DNA of 64,000 bases from Macrostomum lignano (taxonomy: Eukaryota): assembly GCA_002269645.1 (NCBI GenBank), contig NIVC01002930.1:62001-126000 (forward strand), in the 5' to 3' direction. The position numbers were made by a program, and so were the translations under genes. Of the stretch, positions 42,050 to 62,376 are shown one piece after another (the first letter of the stretch is position 1; every line of letters starts with the position of its first letter). Below the pieces are notes generated by a model, which was not told the DNA's origin, searched no databases, and saw only the letters and a program-made list of their open reading frames with translations.

Positions 42050-43580
42050 CTTCAGCCCCTCCCCGCTGCTCCCTGCAACCTCTCCCCGCTGCTCCCTGCA
42101 ACCTCTCCCTGCTGCTCCCTTCAGCCCCTCCCCGCTGCTCCCTGCAACCTCTCCCCGCTGCTCCCTTCAGCCCCTCCCCGCTGCTCCCTTCAACCTCTCC
42201 CTGCTGCTCCCTTCAGCCCCTCCCCGCTGCTCCCTGCAACCTCTCCCTGCTGCTCCCTTCAGCCCCTCCCCGCTGCTCCCTGCAACCTCTCCCTGCTGCT
42301 CCCTTCAGCCCCTCCCCGCTGCTCCCTGCAACCTCTCCCTGCTGCTCCCTTCAGCCCCTCCCCGCTGCTCCCTGCAACCTCTCCCTGCTGCTCCTTCAGC
42401 CCCTCCCCGCTGCTCCCTGCAACCTCTCCCTGCTGCTCCCTTCAGCCCCTCCCCGCTGCTCCCTGCAACCTCTCCCTGCTGCTCCCTTCAGCCCCTCCCC
42501 GCTGCTCCCTGCAACCTCTCCCTGTTGCTCCCTTCAGCCCCTCCCCGCTGCTCCCTTCAGCCCCTCCCCGCTGCTCCCTGCAACCTCTCCCCGCTGCTCC
42601 CTGCAACCTCTCCCTGCTGCTCCCTTCAGCCCCTCCCCGCTGCTCCCTGCAACCTCTCCCCGCTGCTCCCTTCAGCCCCTCCCCGCTGCTCCCTTCAACC
42701 TCTCCCTGCTGCTCCCTTCAGCCCCTCCCCGCTGCTCCCTGCAACCTCTCCCCGCTGCTCCCTTCAGCCCCTCCCCGCTGCTCCCTGCAACCTCTCCCTG
42801 CTGCTCCCTTCAGCCCCTCCCCGCTGCTCCCTGCAACCTCTCCCTGCTGCTCCCTTCAGCCCCTCCCCGCTGCTCCCTGCAACCTCTCCCTGCTGCTCCC
42901 TTCAGCCCCTCCCCGCTGCTCCCTGCAACCTCTCCCTGCTGCTCCCTTCAGCCCCTCCCGCTGCTCCCTGCAACCTCTCCCTGCTGCTCCCTTCAGCCCC
43001 TCCCCGCTGCTCCCTGCAACCTCTCCCTGCTGCTCCCTTCAGCCCCTCCCCGCTGCTCCCTGCAACCTCTCCCTGTTGCTCCCTTCAGCCCCTCCCCGCT
43101 GCTCCCTTCAGCCCCTCCCCGCTGCTCCCTGCAACCTCTCCCCGCTGCTCCCTGCAACCTCTCCCTGCTGCTCCCTGCAACCTCTCCCCGCTGCTCCCTT
43201 CAGCCCCTCCCCGCTGCTCCCTTCAACCTCTCCCTGCTGCTCCCTTCAGCCCCTCCCCGCTGCTCCCTGCAACCTCTCCCCGCTGCTCCCTTCAGCCCCT
43301 CCCCGCTGCTCCCTGCAACCTCTCCCCGCTGCTCCCTTCAGCCCCTCCCCGCTGCTCCCTTCAACCTCTCCCTGCTGCTCCCTTCAGCCCTCCCCGCTGC
43401 TCCCTGCAACCTCTCCCCGCTGCTCCCTTCAGCCCCTCCCCGCTGCTCCCTGCAACCTCTCCCCACTGCTCCCTTTAACCTCTCCCTGCTGCTCCCTGCA
43501 ACCTCTCCCCGCTGCTCCCTTCAACCTCTCCCTGCTGCCCCCTTTAACCTGTCCCTGCTGCCCCCTTTAACCTCTGCTCC
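42050..43580. repeat. 1.5-kb 23-bp minisatellite with two interspersed unit variants
   Basis: ccccgctgctccct-gcaacctct and ccccgctgctccct-tcagcccct. Confidence 0.97.
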
Positions 43581-44344
43581 CTTCAAGGGCTAAATCTTTC
43601 AGCTATGAATTAGGAAAATAAAACTTGAACAAAACGACAAAGATTTATAAAAAATAGCATTATAAGTTCACACCCAAAAAGATAAAAAATTTAAAAGGAT
43701 ATGAACAGAAACAGTAACCGTTGAAAGAAGACAAATTAAACACAGTAGGTGTATTATAAATGATATATTTAAACAATAAATTGAGTTCACACTGAACTGT
43801 CCCAATGCAACGCGTAGCAGATAAAGAGAGATAGAAATGCAATAATAACCGCTATTAACATTAATCATAACTTGAGTATGCAGTGAGTAAAAACTAATTA
43901 ATTGACACACAGGGTAAGGAACCGTAGAAAACTGTTTAGATAATAAAATCTAGGATAAAGGAGAATGAGAGATTAGAATGGCTTTTATTAAATACTATTG
44001 TGTTCAGCGTCGAAGATGAACTACCGACAAAAGATTAATAAGTTATCTAAGACCTATGAAAGGCGTTTTAGGGTCACAACGACAAGTATGCTCTGAATGA
44101 TGATCGGTTCGTGTTTTCAGATATTGTTTCTGTTAATTCTAAAAAACCGTCACTCGCGATAAATTTTGCAAAAAAGTAAAGCTTCTACTCTTTTTTCAGT
44201 AGTTTGTATGCGTACTGTCACTTAAATTTAATGTGGCAGTTAAAATTTGGGACCAAACGTCGAGGTGTGCGGCCTCGTGAGCATCCCGTTGGAAAAATTA
44301 TACACCTATGCAACGCAATACGTACGAAACTCTGCCTAGGGGCA

Positions 44345-44720
44345 GGCCCGATCTAGCTCAGCCAGTAAGAGAGAGCAGTAAGGAGAGGTCAGTCAGACAG
44401 ACAAAACCAGCCTTAGGGGGGGGGGGGGGGGCAGACCCAATCTATCTCAGCTAATGAGAGAGGTTAAAGTCAGGCAGACAAAACCAGCCTTGGGGGGGGG
44501 GCAGACCCAATCTAGCAGCCAATGAGAGAGCAGTAAGGAGAGAGGTTAAAGTCAGGCAGCCAAAACCAGCCCTAGGGGGGAGGGCAGGCCCAATCTGGCT
44601 CAGCCAATTAGAGAGCAGTAAGGAGAGAGAGGTTACAGTCAGACAGACAAAACCAGCCTTGGGGGAAGCCCCAATCTGGCTCAACCAATGAGAGCAGCAA
44701 GGAGAGAGGTCAGAGTCAGA
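44345..44720. repeat. ~65-bp degenerate tandem repeat
   Basis: cccaatctggctcagccaatgagagagcagtaaggagag...cagacaaaaccagcctt(g)n x~6. Confidence 0.85.
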
Positions 44721-45137
44721 CACAAGCGGGCAAGAGAAAAGCCAAACTGTTTATCAGCCTGTCTGGGGGCTGGGCGCCACCCCTCTTCTCTCTTGCTCGC
44801 TATGCACACATGCACTGGATTTGGGTTCCAATTTTCCTGCAATTTTCAGTCATTCATTTGTTTTTTTAAAAACAGTCTGGAGTCGGAGCCAAAGGCGGAT
44901 TGTTGCCGCATTAAAAACTTCCAAAGTCTTGTAAATTCTAATAATATGTTATTTTGCTACTAAGAAGAGTAGATGGGCGCATTTAAGAGAATGGCGTGTA
45001 GTTACATATAAATATATTCTCACTTGGTTTGTCACTTATGATCAGATAAAGAAATTCATACTTTAGCAGACAAAAAAAGCAATAATAAAATGCTTATATA
45101 GCTACTAGCGGTAGCGCAGTTAGAATGCATAAATCAA

Positions 45138-51575
<6,438 letters not shown>

Positions 51576-51596
51576 CTGCAATGCAGCAGACAGGGC

Positions 51597-52151
51597 TAAG
51601 TATGAGTAGCTCAGGGGCAATGTGTCTGCAGAGGGCTGAGTATGAGTAGCTCAGGGGCAATGTGTCTGCAGAGGGCTGAGTATGAGTAGCTCAGTGCAAT
51701 GTGTCTGCAGAGGGCTGAGTATGAGTAGCTCAGGGGCAATGTGTCTGCAGAGGGCTGAGTATGAGTAGCTCAGGAGCAATGTGTCTGCAGAGGGCTGAGT
51801 ATGAGTAGCTCAGGAGCAATGTGTCTGCAGAGGGCTGAGTATGAGTAGCTCAGGAGCAATGTGTCTGCAGAGGGCTGAGTATGAGTAGCTCAGTGGCAAT
51901 GTGTCTGCAGAGGGCTGAGTATGAGTAGCTCAGTGGCAATGTGTCTGCAGAGGGCTGAGTATGAGTAGCTCAGGGGCAATGTGTCTGCAGAGGGCTGAGT
52001 ATGAGTAGCTCAGTGCAATGTGTCTGCAGAGGGCTGAGTATGAGTAGCTCAGGGGCAATGTGTCTGCAGAGGGCTGAGTATGAGTAGCTCAGGAGCAATG
52101 TGTCTGCAGAGGGCTGAGTATGAGTAGCTCAGGGGCAATGTGTCTGCAGAG
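51597..52151. repeat. 40-bp minisatellite just upstream of the first visible TONSL exon
   Basis: gtatgagtagctcaggggcaatgtgtctgcagagggctga x~14. Confidence 0.95.
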
Positions 52152-55100
52152 CATAGCTTGTAAACTACAGAAGCTAGGTTTGATTCAATATATGGGATGT
52201 AGAATATCAATTTATGATTTAGAGATAAATATTCTTAACTCCTAAGCACAATTAATACATGCTTAACCTTATATAATTAATGTATAGATATATCATATAT
52301 CATATACTGTACCATATATTTGCTTTATTGTTCAATATAATACTATGATAAATTAAGATCAATAAGATAAAATAATACTATATAGAGCCTTTGATATAAA
52401 CATTATTATTCAAAGTAATAACTGGTATTTCATTGCTAACTTACATAAGAACCATTTTTGGTCACCATTAATGAAAATCTTAACTTCCATTAATAGCAAA
52501 AGTAAAACAAAAAATCTTAACTTATTAATTCTTAATTTGTTAAGTTGATTAAAAGTTAACTGATAATCATTAGTAAGCAGTAATCTGGTAGTATTAACAC
52601 AAAGTATAAGAATTTTGCACTTTTCCAAAACAGACTTTATAATGCAAATGCCTCTGCTTTTCTATCATTTTAGCCAACACAGAGAGGTCATCCAAGCAAT
52701 TTGAGCTAAAAAAGTAAAAACTTGTATATTTAATAAAATATTACTAAAAGTAAATAAAGCAAAAAAATAACTTTTATTTCTTGTCAGACATATTTTTGTT
52801 CATTCTTTGCAGCTTTGGTCTCATTAGCATTGTCTTTAACATTAATGATGAATTTGTCATTGATTCAAAAAATTATTAATGCAAATTGGGTAAAAATCTT
52901 AATATCAGTCTGATAATGTTAATAAAAAATTAGGAGGTAAATATTTAATAATGGACTGGTGCTTAATACTGATAAGAGCATATAATATAATTGGCATCTT
53001 TGATAGGGATTGTTTATAGAATATTGACAAGTACTAGATATTCTTTATAAGCTATTGCATACTATATTAAATTTAATTCAAATGAAAAATTGATCAACAA
53101 AATATTTGGTTGTTAAGAATGTTCTTACAGTTCCTAGAACCTTCTTCCAAGAGTTTTTTTTTAAATGGAAGGACTTTAGGAAAAAAGTTAATTGCTATCT
53201 GAATCAATCACCCTGTCATTTTTTAGGCTGAGACATAATGCTATCCATGTAGAATTTCTTAGGTTACAAGGCAAAAAATTTGTTGAGCTAGTTATCCAAG
53301 GCTTTTTTATTAGCAAAAGTTTTGCTTGTCAAGGCATTGGTTAGGGCCAAGTTGGGGGAGGGGGGGATATGGAGGATGAAGCACCAGTTCCCATCTAAGG
53401 CCCAGTAACTTTTGGCAAGTCACTTTGGCAGTGTGGGGATGAGCATTATTGTGCACAGATTGGACCAGGCCATGATTTGGTTGCTTCTATGCAATAGTAG
53501 CAGCCAATCTATCTAGCTATTAGTAGTATAGATTGGCCATAATCAATGTATTGGGTGGTAGCAGCTCATAGAGGATCACATCTTTATTAGTCCTACTAAA
53601 CACATAGCATGACCATGCGGGTGGAGTTTGGCCTTAGGCTATGGCTTAAGGGTTGCATCAGCATCCACCTATGACTAGCAACACTTGATGTTCATATTAT
53701 AAACACCATTTTTCATTGCCTATAATAATCAACTTTAGCCAGTTGTGTGCACCAATAGGAAAGAAGAGAAGTGGCCACCTTTGCCTTGTATTCCTAGTCC
53801 CAATTGGACAATTCATGGGATATAGTCCATTGAGTCAACTTGTGTACCTTGCCTAGTTGATTTGTTGATACAAATAAGTGGCAATTTTTTGATGTTCTAC
53901 CTACCCTAACAACTTGCATCAATTCATGTGGTTTGTTAGGGGTCAGCCTCAATGAGTGTGTGCAAATAGTCATCATCCACCTTGGGATGTCTTGATTAGG
54001 GCAAATCTTTGAGGCTAAAATCTCACTGGCAAAACTAAGCAAACCAATCTTGTGTAATGTGTTCAAATACAATATTAGCACCAAATGCATTGTTAATATG
54101 CCAGCCTGCTTTGGTGCTAAATTTGAAGTCATAGAGTAATAGACCACAAATATAAGGTCAAAAAATATCTATATAGTTGATCTGGCTAAGATAGCAACAA
54201 TCATAAAAAGTAGTCTCAAGATAGCCTATATTTGCCCTCAATATATATAGCTATATAATTAGCTTCTAGAATTCTCTAGAAAGTTTTAGGATCAAATTTT
54301 GCCATGAGAACATTCTTAATAAACAAATAGCATAGAAAATGAACTAATTTAATGATATTTTCCCAACATTTTTGTTACTATTTCTGTTGTTACTATCAAT
54401 AATTAATTTATTTGTTTTGTTATAATGCTCAGAATATTCTAGAAGTTTCTGGCAATGCTCCTGATGGCTATAAATAAATGGTGCCAACTGCAGATAATCT
54501 TTACCTTCTTATGCTTCTCCTTACATCTTACTCCATTGTCTTTTAACCAAATATAATAAGAACCACCGCCTAGCTCCTTTTCCTTCCTTAATTTGCATTA
54601 AATCCTTAAAGACAACAAAAAATTACTTTTTATAATAAAACAAAATGCATATAATTATAAAATATTTATTTAACATTGTTAAATAATAAAATTTTATTAA
54701 AAAGAATTATAAACAATATCAACTAAAGCACAATATTTTAGCATTAATTATTAAAATCAAAATTTAAATATTTTAAAAAGGCCAAAAGACCTACTATGAT
54801 TAGGCCTAACTTATCTTAAATGTCTTTGATTTCTTGGCTATGGTTTGAAATTTTTAATAATATATTTTTCCTATGGCTATAGGCCTAGTATAGGCCTAAA
54901 TAAAGGTCAAATTGTACAAGATGGTTCTCTAAGGACTAAATATATTAGACTAAATTTGAAATCATTTTAGAATATATGCAAGTTTTCAAACAAAGTTAGC
55001 TTTTTTCTTTGCTATAATATAGGGCCTAAATATTTAACCATTAGGCCTAGGCCTAACTAATATACCAACTATTTCTTATTTCACTGGACTACCATCGCCA

Positions 55101-56847
55101 TTTGCAAAAAACTTCCTAGCTGCAATAGACTCATGCTTTGCCTACTCGGCCTACTTTCTTGAAATGCTAAGAAGTATAAAGACAAAACAAAATAGGGCTT
55201 AAAAGGTCTAGACTTAGTATAATAATAATATTTGTAAATTTATTTTTGGCCTAAAATATTTGACTTATATGCATCATACATGTTGATTTATATGCATCAT
55301 AAACAATTCTATAGCCTATAAGTATAAAAGCAAGTCTTAATAAACTAAGTAGACCTCAATAAGGACTTGGCTCACAGGCAGAGCAGCCAGAGCAAAGCAA
55401 TCAAATAATAAGCCACTATGCCTACATGGCAAATAAATCAGTTTGAATCTGAAATAAATTACTTTGAATCTGATAGGCCTAGCATGTACATTTCGGCAAA
55501 AGAAAGTGACCAGTTCGGCGAAAAGATGGGCTATGAAAAAATCTTCAGCGAAGCTTGGAATAAATTTTTTCGCCGAAATAGTCAGCTTTAGCCTAGACGA
55601 AATGGTCGTTGCGAAAGTTTTTTTCGCCGTTATTGACTTTCGCCGAAAATTCTTTCGCCGAAGTAGGTCGAAACCTTTCAAAATACGAATCTAGGCTATT
55701 TTACGAATTGGAATCTATTGAAATTAACAAGTTGATGATTTTATGTAAGACACTAGATTTAATAATATAATATAAATAAATCGAGACTGAAACAGTGAAA
55801 CTGGAACAGAGGCAAGTTTTTGAAACATGGTAGCAAAGTCAAGTCAAGTATTCGTATACATTAAACAGATAATACTTAAGACTTAATTAATCAAATAAAC
55901 AGAATGAATAGGCCTATACTAGTAGAAACTTTAATTGTAGGTAGCTAGAGCCTAGCCGTAGTAGTACTCGTAGTACAAGTAAAAGATCTTTCTTCTCGCT
56001 TGGCAGCGTGGCCGCGGGAGCGGGGCCACTAGCTGCGCTGGCGCTGGGCCCACGCACGAGTTCTCGCTTAAATGGAGGTTTAAGGTTTAAGATGGTACGA
56101 AAACTGAAGGTTTTAAATAAATAAAAATGGTTACAGTTTTGCCATTGCCGACTTCCAAATCAAAAAGGGTATACCCAGTTTCCTTAAAAAATGTTTTAAA
56201 AATCTTTAAAAATCTGATAGATTATCTGCACATGCTGTCATTTAGCGTCGCATTATTGTGAATAAAATCAGTGGAAAGCCTAGTCCTAAGAAAATGCTGT
56301 ATTGTGATCGTACATCTACCATGCTCACCGCGTGAGGGCAAGAAAATGACAAGAGTCGCATTGACATTCTATTTGGGTCATAAATATATTCAACGATTTA
56401 TTTTCTATTAACTATTAATTTCAGTCAAATTTTGGCAATCGCATTTAGTGCGGCATGTTTGAAATGCTGTTCAGAGCATGCCACAAGAGCGATAAGAGAG
56501 GTTTCACTTGCTTTTTCGCTGTAACTTCATTTGACTAAATTCTGTGGACTGTCTGGTGAGCTTTTTCAGCATCAAATCATTTACTGTTACATGTACATTC
56601 GCACATGTACGTTTGCATTTGCAGTCCTCCATATCCAGACTTTTTAACATGAAAAAGATAACGAGCAGGCCAGAATTTAAGAGATAATAAACGGGTATTG
56701 TCAATCTATAAGAATTCGTGAAAGTCGCTTAGCAACTGAACTCTTGCTGCTGCATTTCTTTATTTTTATTTTACCGCCCGAAAGATTTTGTCTGCCTTCT
56801 TGCGAGCGTAAAAATCCTCTAGCTTATAAATAATTTGCATTTTCATC

Positions 56848-57842
56848 ATGCCGGAAAATCAGCAAATGTTCGGCGTGTGGAAGGCCTACAAGAGCGAGAA
56901 CATGGCCGCAGTGCTTGAGAAGGCAGGTACGTTTCGCGATCGAGTCATGATGCAATGGTACAAAATATATATGATAAGTTAACATACATTGTATACGCAG
57001 CTAGCTGTACGTCGCTTGTACAAGCAAGAGTTGACCCCCGGAAAAAATCCTGGAGCCCTGGTCCAGCTGTCTCAAACATTATAAAGTTTAAATCCAACTA
57101 CAAAAGTTCATTTTAAAACCACAGGCGCACCCTGGATGGCCAGAAAGATGGGCGCCAACGCCACGCCAACCGTGACGCTGACTCGAGTCGACGACAAGCA
57201 AATCAAAATGACCACCAAGTCGGCCATCTTCTCTATGGATCAGATCTTCGTGGTCGGCGAGATTGTCGAATTCAAGCCACCATTCCAGAACGAATCGCAG
57301 ACGTTCCTGACAGAATGGACAGATGACGGGCGCCTTATTTTCTTCCAGGGCCCGGCTGGCAGCGACGTGAAGAACACCGGCATCAAGCAGATTCGCAGCC
57401 TGGAGCCCAACGGAGAGATGCTTGTGGTAGGAAACTGCATGGGCTATATTTGTTTATTAACTGTTCTCAGAATATAACCACCGGAGAGTACGTGCCTGAG
57501 TACTACGGGAGCCGAAAAGGACTGACAGATATAGAGATATCCTCCATTGTATAGACAATGAGTATATATAATACTTGAAGCAATCTGAAATACATATAGA
57601 AGTGAGTGTTTGACCCACAGACAGGAGAGTGACTGATCTGCCAATTAGGGTGCAGTGACTGACCCATGGACTGAGTAAGAGTGACTGACAGGAGAGTGAA
57701 CTGACCCTTGGACAGGAGAGTGACTGATTCACAGACAGAAAAGTGACTAAAGTTTAAAACCAACTTCGACCCTGTTACCTCCCCGCAGACGTCTATCCAA
57801 GGAGATGTGACGGGATACCGCTGGTTCAAACGGGAGAACTAA
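56848..57842 (+). CDS. FABP: Fatty-acid-binding protein / intracellular lipid-binding protein, paralogue 1 (144 aa, 3 exons)
   Basis: Exons 56848-56926, 57125-57426 and 57789-57842 (GT-AG; 435 nt). FGVWK..KSENM...LEKAGAPW..RK.G....PTV N-terminal signature; R.LEPNGEMLV; C-terminal GYRWFKR. Confidence 0.88.
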
Positions 57843-58127
57843 GAGCTTGAGTTGGAGAAAGCATGCAACTATTGAAGACATCTGGTCAACAGGAAACGTG
57901 ACCTTGACAGATAACAAGTTTTCTTTCAATCCTTACTTGAAGACAAGATTTAATACTGCATAAATACACTTTTCCATCGTTCTGCCCAAGAATATAATTC
58001 TACATGTACGTAATAATCAGAGCAGAATTCCATTTCAGTTCTTAGACATCAAATAAACATAAGGTTTTTGTTTCAGTAATAGGAGACTTGCTTTTTTTGA
58101 AATCTCTTCAGTCTTAAAAAATCTTCT

Positions 58128-58400
58128 TCCACTCTACTCTACTCTGCTCTACTCTACTCTACGATCTGCTCTACTCTACTCTACTCTAGTCTACTCTATT
58201 CCACTTGACTCTATTCAACTATACTATACTTTACTCTAGTCTGCTTGATTCTAGTCTACTCTACTGTACTCTACTGCACTATACTTTACTTCCACTCTAC
58301 TCTACTCTACTCTGCTTTACTCTACTCTGGGCGATTCTACTCTACTCCACTCTGCTCAACTCCACTCTACTCTGCACCTGTACTTTGCTCTCCTCTCTCC
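58128..58400. repeat. (CTCTA)n degenerate microsatellite
   Basis: ctctactctactct runs between the FABP genes. Confidence 0.9.
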
Positions 58401-58935
58401 TTTAATGTTATCTCCAGCCTCGCTCGCATACACAGGCAATTCTCAACATTGAAATGAAACATCGCGCGAAGAGGTAATCGCAACAGCGAGAGCACAGAAC
58501 AGCAATTTATCAGCAGCAGTATGTCAAAATTTTCTTAGCTAAGCTGATAAACCGCTAGACTGCTTGGGCAAGCAGAATCAAGTTTGGAACTTTGGAAGAC
58601 TCGATAACGCCGTTTTGGCAAAGCGCTATAGGAACGGGGGGGTCGTTCGTTAGGGTACGCGAGGATAGAGTTTTCGGCAGAGGAGAGAAACGAGAGGACA
58701 CAGAAGTGTAAAACGCTTTCAACCCATTCACCCGACGCATGTACGGGTAAAAGTGTACGGGCTGGAATGTACACCAGAGACACAGGTCAGCACTCCATAC
58801 TGAAAAGCTCTGCTTTAAAGAACAGCCCCATTTAAGTACTGAAAACGACTAAGCTTCAATTCCCAGGGTTATTAAAGAGAAATCTAAACGTTCTATCTTT
58901 AATAGAAGCAGTGAAAATCCTTGATTGAAGCCGCC

Positions 58936-60753
58936 ATGGCAGTTGCTGGCAAAGAGAATTCTCAGCTATTCGGCGTGTGGAAGGCCTACAAGAGCGAGAA
59001 TATGGCAGCGCTGATGGAGAAAGCGGGTAAGGCGGTGGAGGCTGGGTTATGAGCTGAGATAGACACAGGCTGAGGCAGGCACAGGCTGAGGCAGACACAG
59101 AATGAGGCAGACACAGAATGAGGCAGACACAGGCTGAGGCAGGCACAGGCTGAGGCAGACACAGAATGAGGCAGACACAGAATGAGGCAGACACAGAATG
59201 AGGCAGACACAGGCTGAGGCAGGCACAGGCTGAGGCAGACACAGAATGAGGCAGACACAGAATGAGGCAGACACAGAATGAGGCAGACACAGGCTGAGGC
59301 AGGCACAGGCTGAGGCAGACACAGAATGAGGCAGACACAGAATGACGCAGACACAGAATGAGGCAGAATGAGGCAGACACAGAATGAGGCAGACACAGAA
59401 TGAGGCAGACACAGAATGAGGCAGACACAGAATGAGGCAGACACAGAATGAGGCAGACACAGAATGACGCAGACACAGAATGACGCAGACACAGAATGAG
59501 GCAGACACAGAATGAGGCAGACACAGAATGACGCAGACACAGAATGACGCAGACACAGAATGACGCAGACACAGAATGACGCAGACACAGAATGACGCAG
59601 ACAGAATGAGGCAGACACAGAATGAGGCAGACACAGAATGAGGCAGACACAGAATGACGCAGACACAGAATGACGCAGACACAGAATGACGCAGACAGAA
59701 TGAGGCAGAATGAGGCAGACACAGAATGAGGCAGACACAGAATGAGGCAGACACAGAATGAGGCAGACACAGAATGACGCAGACACAGAATGAGGCAGAC
59801 ACAGAATGACGCAGACTGAGGCAGGCTGGATCAGACACAGGTAGACAGACCAACTTAAGGCAGACAGCCGATTCAAGCCGATCCCCAATGTCATGCAGGC
59901 GCCCCGTGGATGGCCCGAAAGATGGGCGCCAACGCCACGCCAACCGTGACGATGACTCGACTGGACGATCGCCGGATTAGCATCAGCTCCAAGACGATGA
60001 TGTTCAACATGGAGCAGGTGCACGAGCTTGACACCCTGGTGCAGGGCGACATGGCGATGGCGGGCAAGCAGGTGGAGTACTACACCGAGTGGACCGATGA
60101 TGGAAAACTCGTCGTTTACCAGGCCGACGTGGGCGCTGGCGGCGACTTGAAGACTACTGGAATGAAAACTGTTCGAAGCTTGGAGCCCAACGGAGAAATG
60201 CTGGTGGTTCGTGCGGGCTTTCTAAATCACTGAATAACTTAAGATCCTATTGAGCTCGAATCAGTAGTCCTGAGTTCGAATCTCATTTCTTGAATTCGAA
60301 TCAGTGGTCATGGGCTCGAATATCATTTCCTGAATTCGAATCCATGGTCCTGTGCTCGAATCTCATTTCTTGAATTCGAATCAGTGGTCATGGGCTCGAA
60401 TCTCATTTCTTGAATTCGAATCAGTGGTCATGGGCTCGAATCTCATTTATTGAATTCGAATCAGTGGTCATGGGCTCGAATCTCATTTCTTAAATTCGAA
60501 TCAGTGGTCATGGGCTCGAATCTCATTTCTTGAATTCGAATCAGTGGTCATGGGCTCGAATCTCATTTATTGAATTCGAATCAGTGGTCATGGGCTCGAA
60601 TCTCATTTCTTAAATTCGAATCCTAGGTCCCGAGCTCGAATCCCATATCTCAACTCTTAACTTAAAGAGTCAGAGGTAGACCCGTGTATCGCATTTTAGA
60701 CCGTGAGCATGGACAACGTGGTTGCCTACCGGTGGTTCAAGAGGCAGACTTGA
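58936..60753 (+). CDS. FABP: Fatty-acid-binding protein / intracellular lipid-binding protein, paralogue 2 (150 aa, 3 exons)
   Basis: Exons 58936-59026, 59899-60206 and 60700-60753 (GT-AG; 453 nt); same intron positions as paralogue 1 and near-identical exon 1 and start of exon 2. Confidence 0.88.
59060..59818. repeat. Intronic 16-bp minisatellite
   Basis: ga(g/c)gcagacacagaat units in FABP2 intron 1. Confidence 0.95.
60255..60645. repeat. Intronic 40-bp minisatellite
   Basis: tctcatttcttgaattcgaatcagtggtcatgggctcgaa x~9 in FABP2 intron 2. Confidence 0.95.
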
Positions 60754-61159
60754 AACTTCAGACATAAAACCGACTTTCAATTTTAGCAGATAAAAAAACG
60801 AACAACGTAAATTCCGTGCTATATTCTTAGTGCATTGTCGTTTATATTATTTATTATATTTACACGTAGAAACAGTATGGCAAAGTTTGTTGGATTTTCT
60901 ATCATTATCTTCCTGTCTTACCTCCAACCTCTATTAGGAGGATATGATATTATTTCTCAGAAATTAGACTGAATGATTGCCACATTGAGCGTCCAAAATA
61001 ATTTATAAAATTTGAAAGCTAAATAAATATTTCAATTATTCGACATTATTCAAAGGTCACGGTATACTCTTAACACGTACGAGTTCTCGATCGTATACCC
61101 GTTTTTATTTTTTGTGTTTTTAAAAAAGTGAGGAATAAAATATGGGAGAGAAGATGAAC

Positions 61160-62335
61160 AGCAGGAAGATAATTGGGAAGACAGGAGGGAGAAGGGATGA
61201 AACAGCAGGAAGATAATTGGGAAGACAGGAGGGAGAAGGGGATGAAACAGCAGGAAGATAATTGGGAAGAGAGGAGGGAGAAGGGGATGAAACAGCAGGA
61301 AGATAATTGGGAAGACAGGAGGGAGAAGGGGATGAAACAGCAGGAAGATAATTGGGAAGACAGGAGGGAGAAGGGGATGAAACAGCAGGAAGATAATTGG
61401 GAAGACAGGAGGGAGAAGGGGATGAAACAGCAGGAAGATAATTGGGAAGAGATAAGAGAGAGAAGGAGATGAAACAGCAGGAAGATAATTGGGAAGAGAG
61501 GAGGGAGAAGGGGATGAAACAGCAGGAAGATAATTGGGAAGAGAGGAGGGAGAAGGGGATGAAACAGCAGGAAGATAATTGGGAAGAGAGGAGGGAGAAG
61601 GGGATGAAACAGCAGGAAGATAATTGGGAAGACAGGAGGGAGAAGGGGATGAAACAGCAGGAAGATAATTGGGAAGAGAGGAGGGAGAAGGGGATGAAAC
61701 AGCAGGAAGATAATTGGGAAGAGAGGAGGGAGAAGGGATGAAACAGCAGGAAGATAATTGGGAAGACAGGAGGGAGAAGGGGATGAAACAGCAGGAAGAT
61801 AATTGGGAAGACAGGAGGGAGAAGGGATGAAACAGCAGGAAGATAATTGGGAAGACAGGAGGGAGAAGGGGATGAAACAGCAGGAAGATAATTGGGAAGA
61901 CAGGAGGGAGAAGGGGATGAAACAGCAGGAAGATAATTGGGAAGAGATAAGAGAGAGAAGGAGATGAAACAGCAGGAAGATAATTGGGAAGAGAGGAGGG
62001 AGAAGGGGATGAAACAGCAGGAAGATAATTGGGAAGAGAGGAGGGAGAAGAAACAGCAGGAAGATAATTGGGAAGAGAGGAGGGAGAAGGGGATGAAACA
62101 GCAGGAAGATAATTGGGAAGAGAGGAGGGAGAAGGGGATGAAACAGCAGGAAGATAATTGGGAAGACAGGAGGGAGAAGGGGATGAAACAGCAGGAAGAT
62201 AATTGGGAAGAGAGGAGGAGAAGGGGATGAAACAGCAGGAAGATAATTGGAAGAGAGGAGGGAGAAGGGGATGAAACAGCAGGAAGATAATTGGGAAGAC
62301 AGGAGGGAGAAGGGGATGAAACAACAGGAAGATAA
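61160..62335. repeat. 45-bp purine-rich minisatellite
   Basis: gatgaaacagcaggaagataattgggaaga(c/g)aggagggagaaggg x~26, downstream of the RING gene. Confidence 0.97.
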
Positions 62336-62376
62336 AGTTTGCGACGAAGTCAGTTAGCTGAGTACAGAAGAAGCCA

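Noticed and set aside
41946-43570. 510- and 524-aa Pro/Ser-rich ORFs
   Set aside because: Stop-free frames of a 23-bp C-rich tandem repeat.
55490-55680. Palindrome-rich ttcggcgaaa / tttcgccgaa segment
   Set aside because: Probably a transposon-end fragment; no paired TIRs or TSD could be defined.
58856-60023. Several 300-aa minus-strand Cys/Leu-rich ORFs
   Set aside because: Antisense translation of the 16-bp repeat in FABP2 intron 1.
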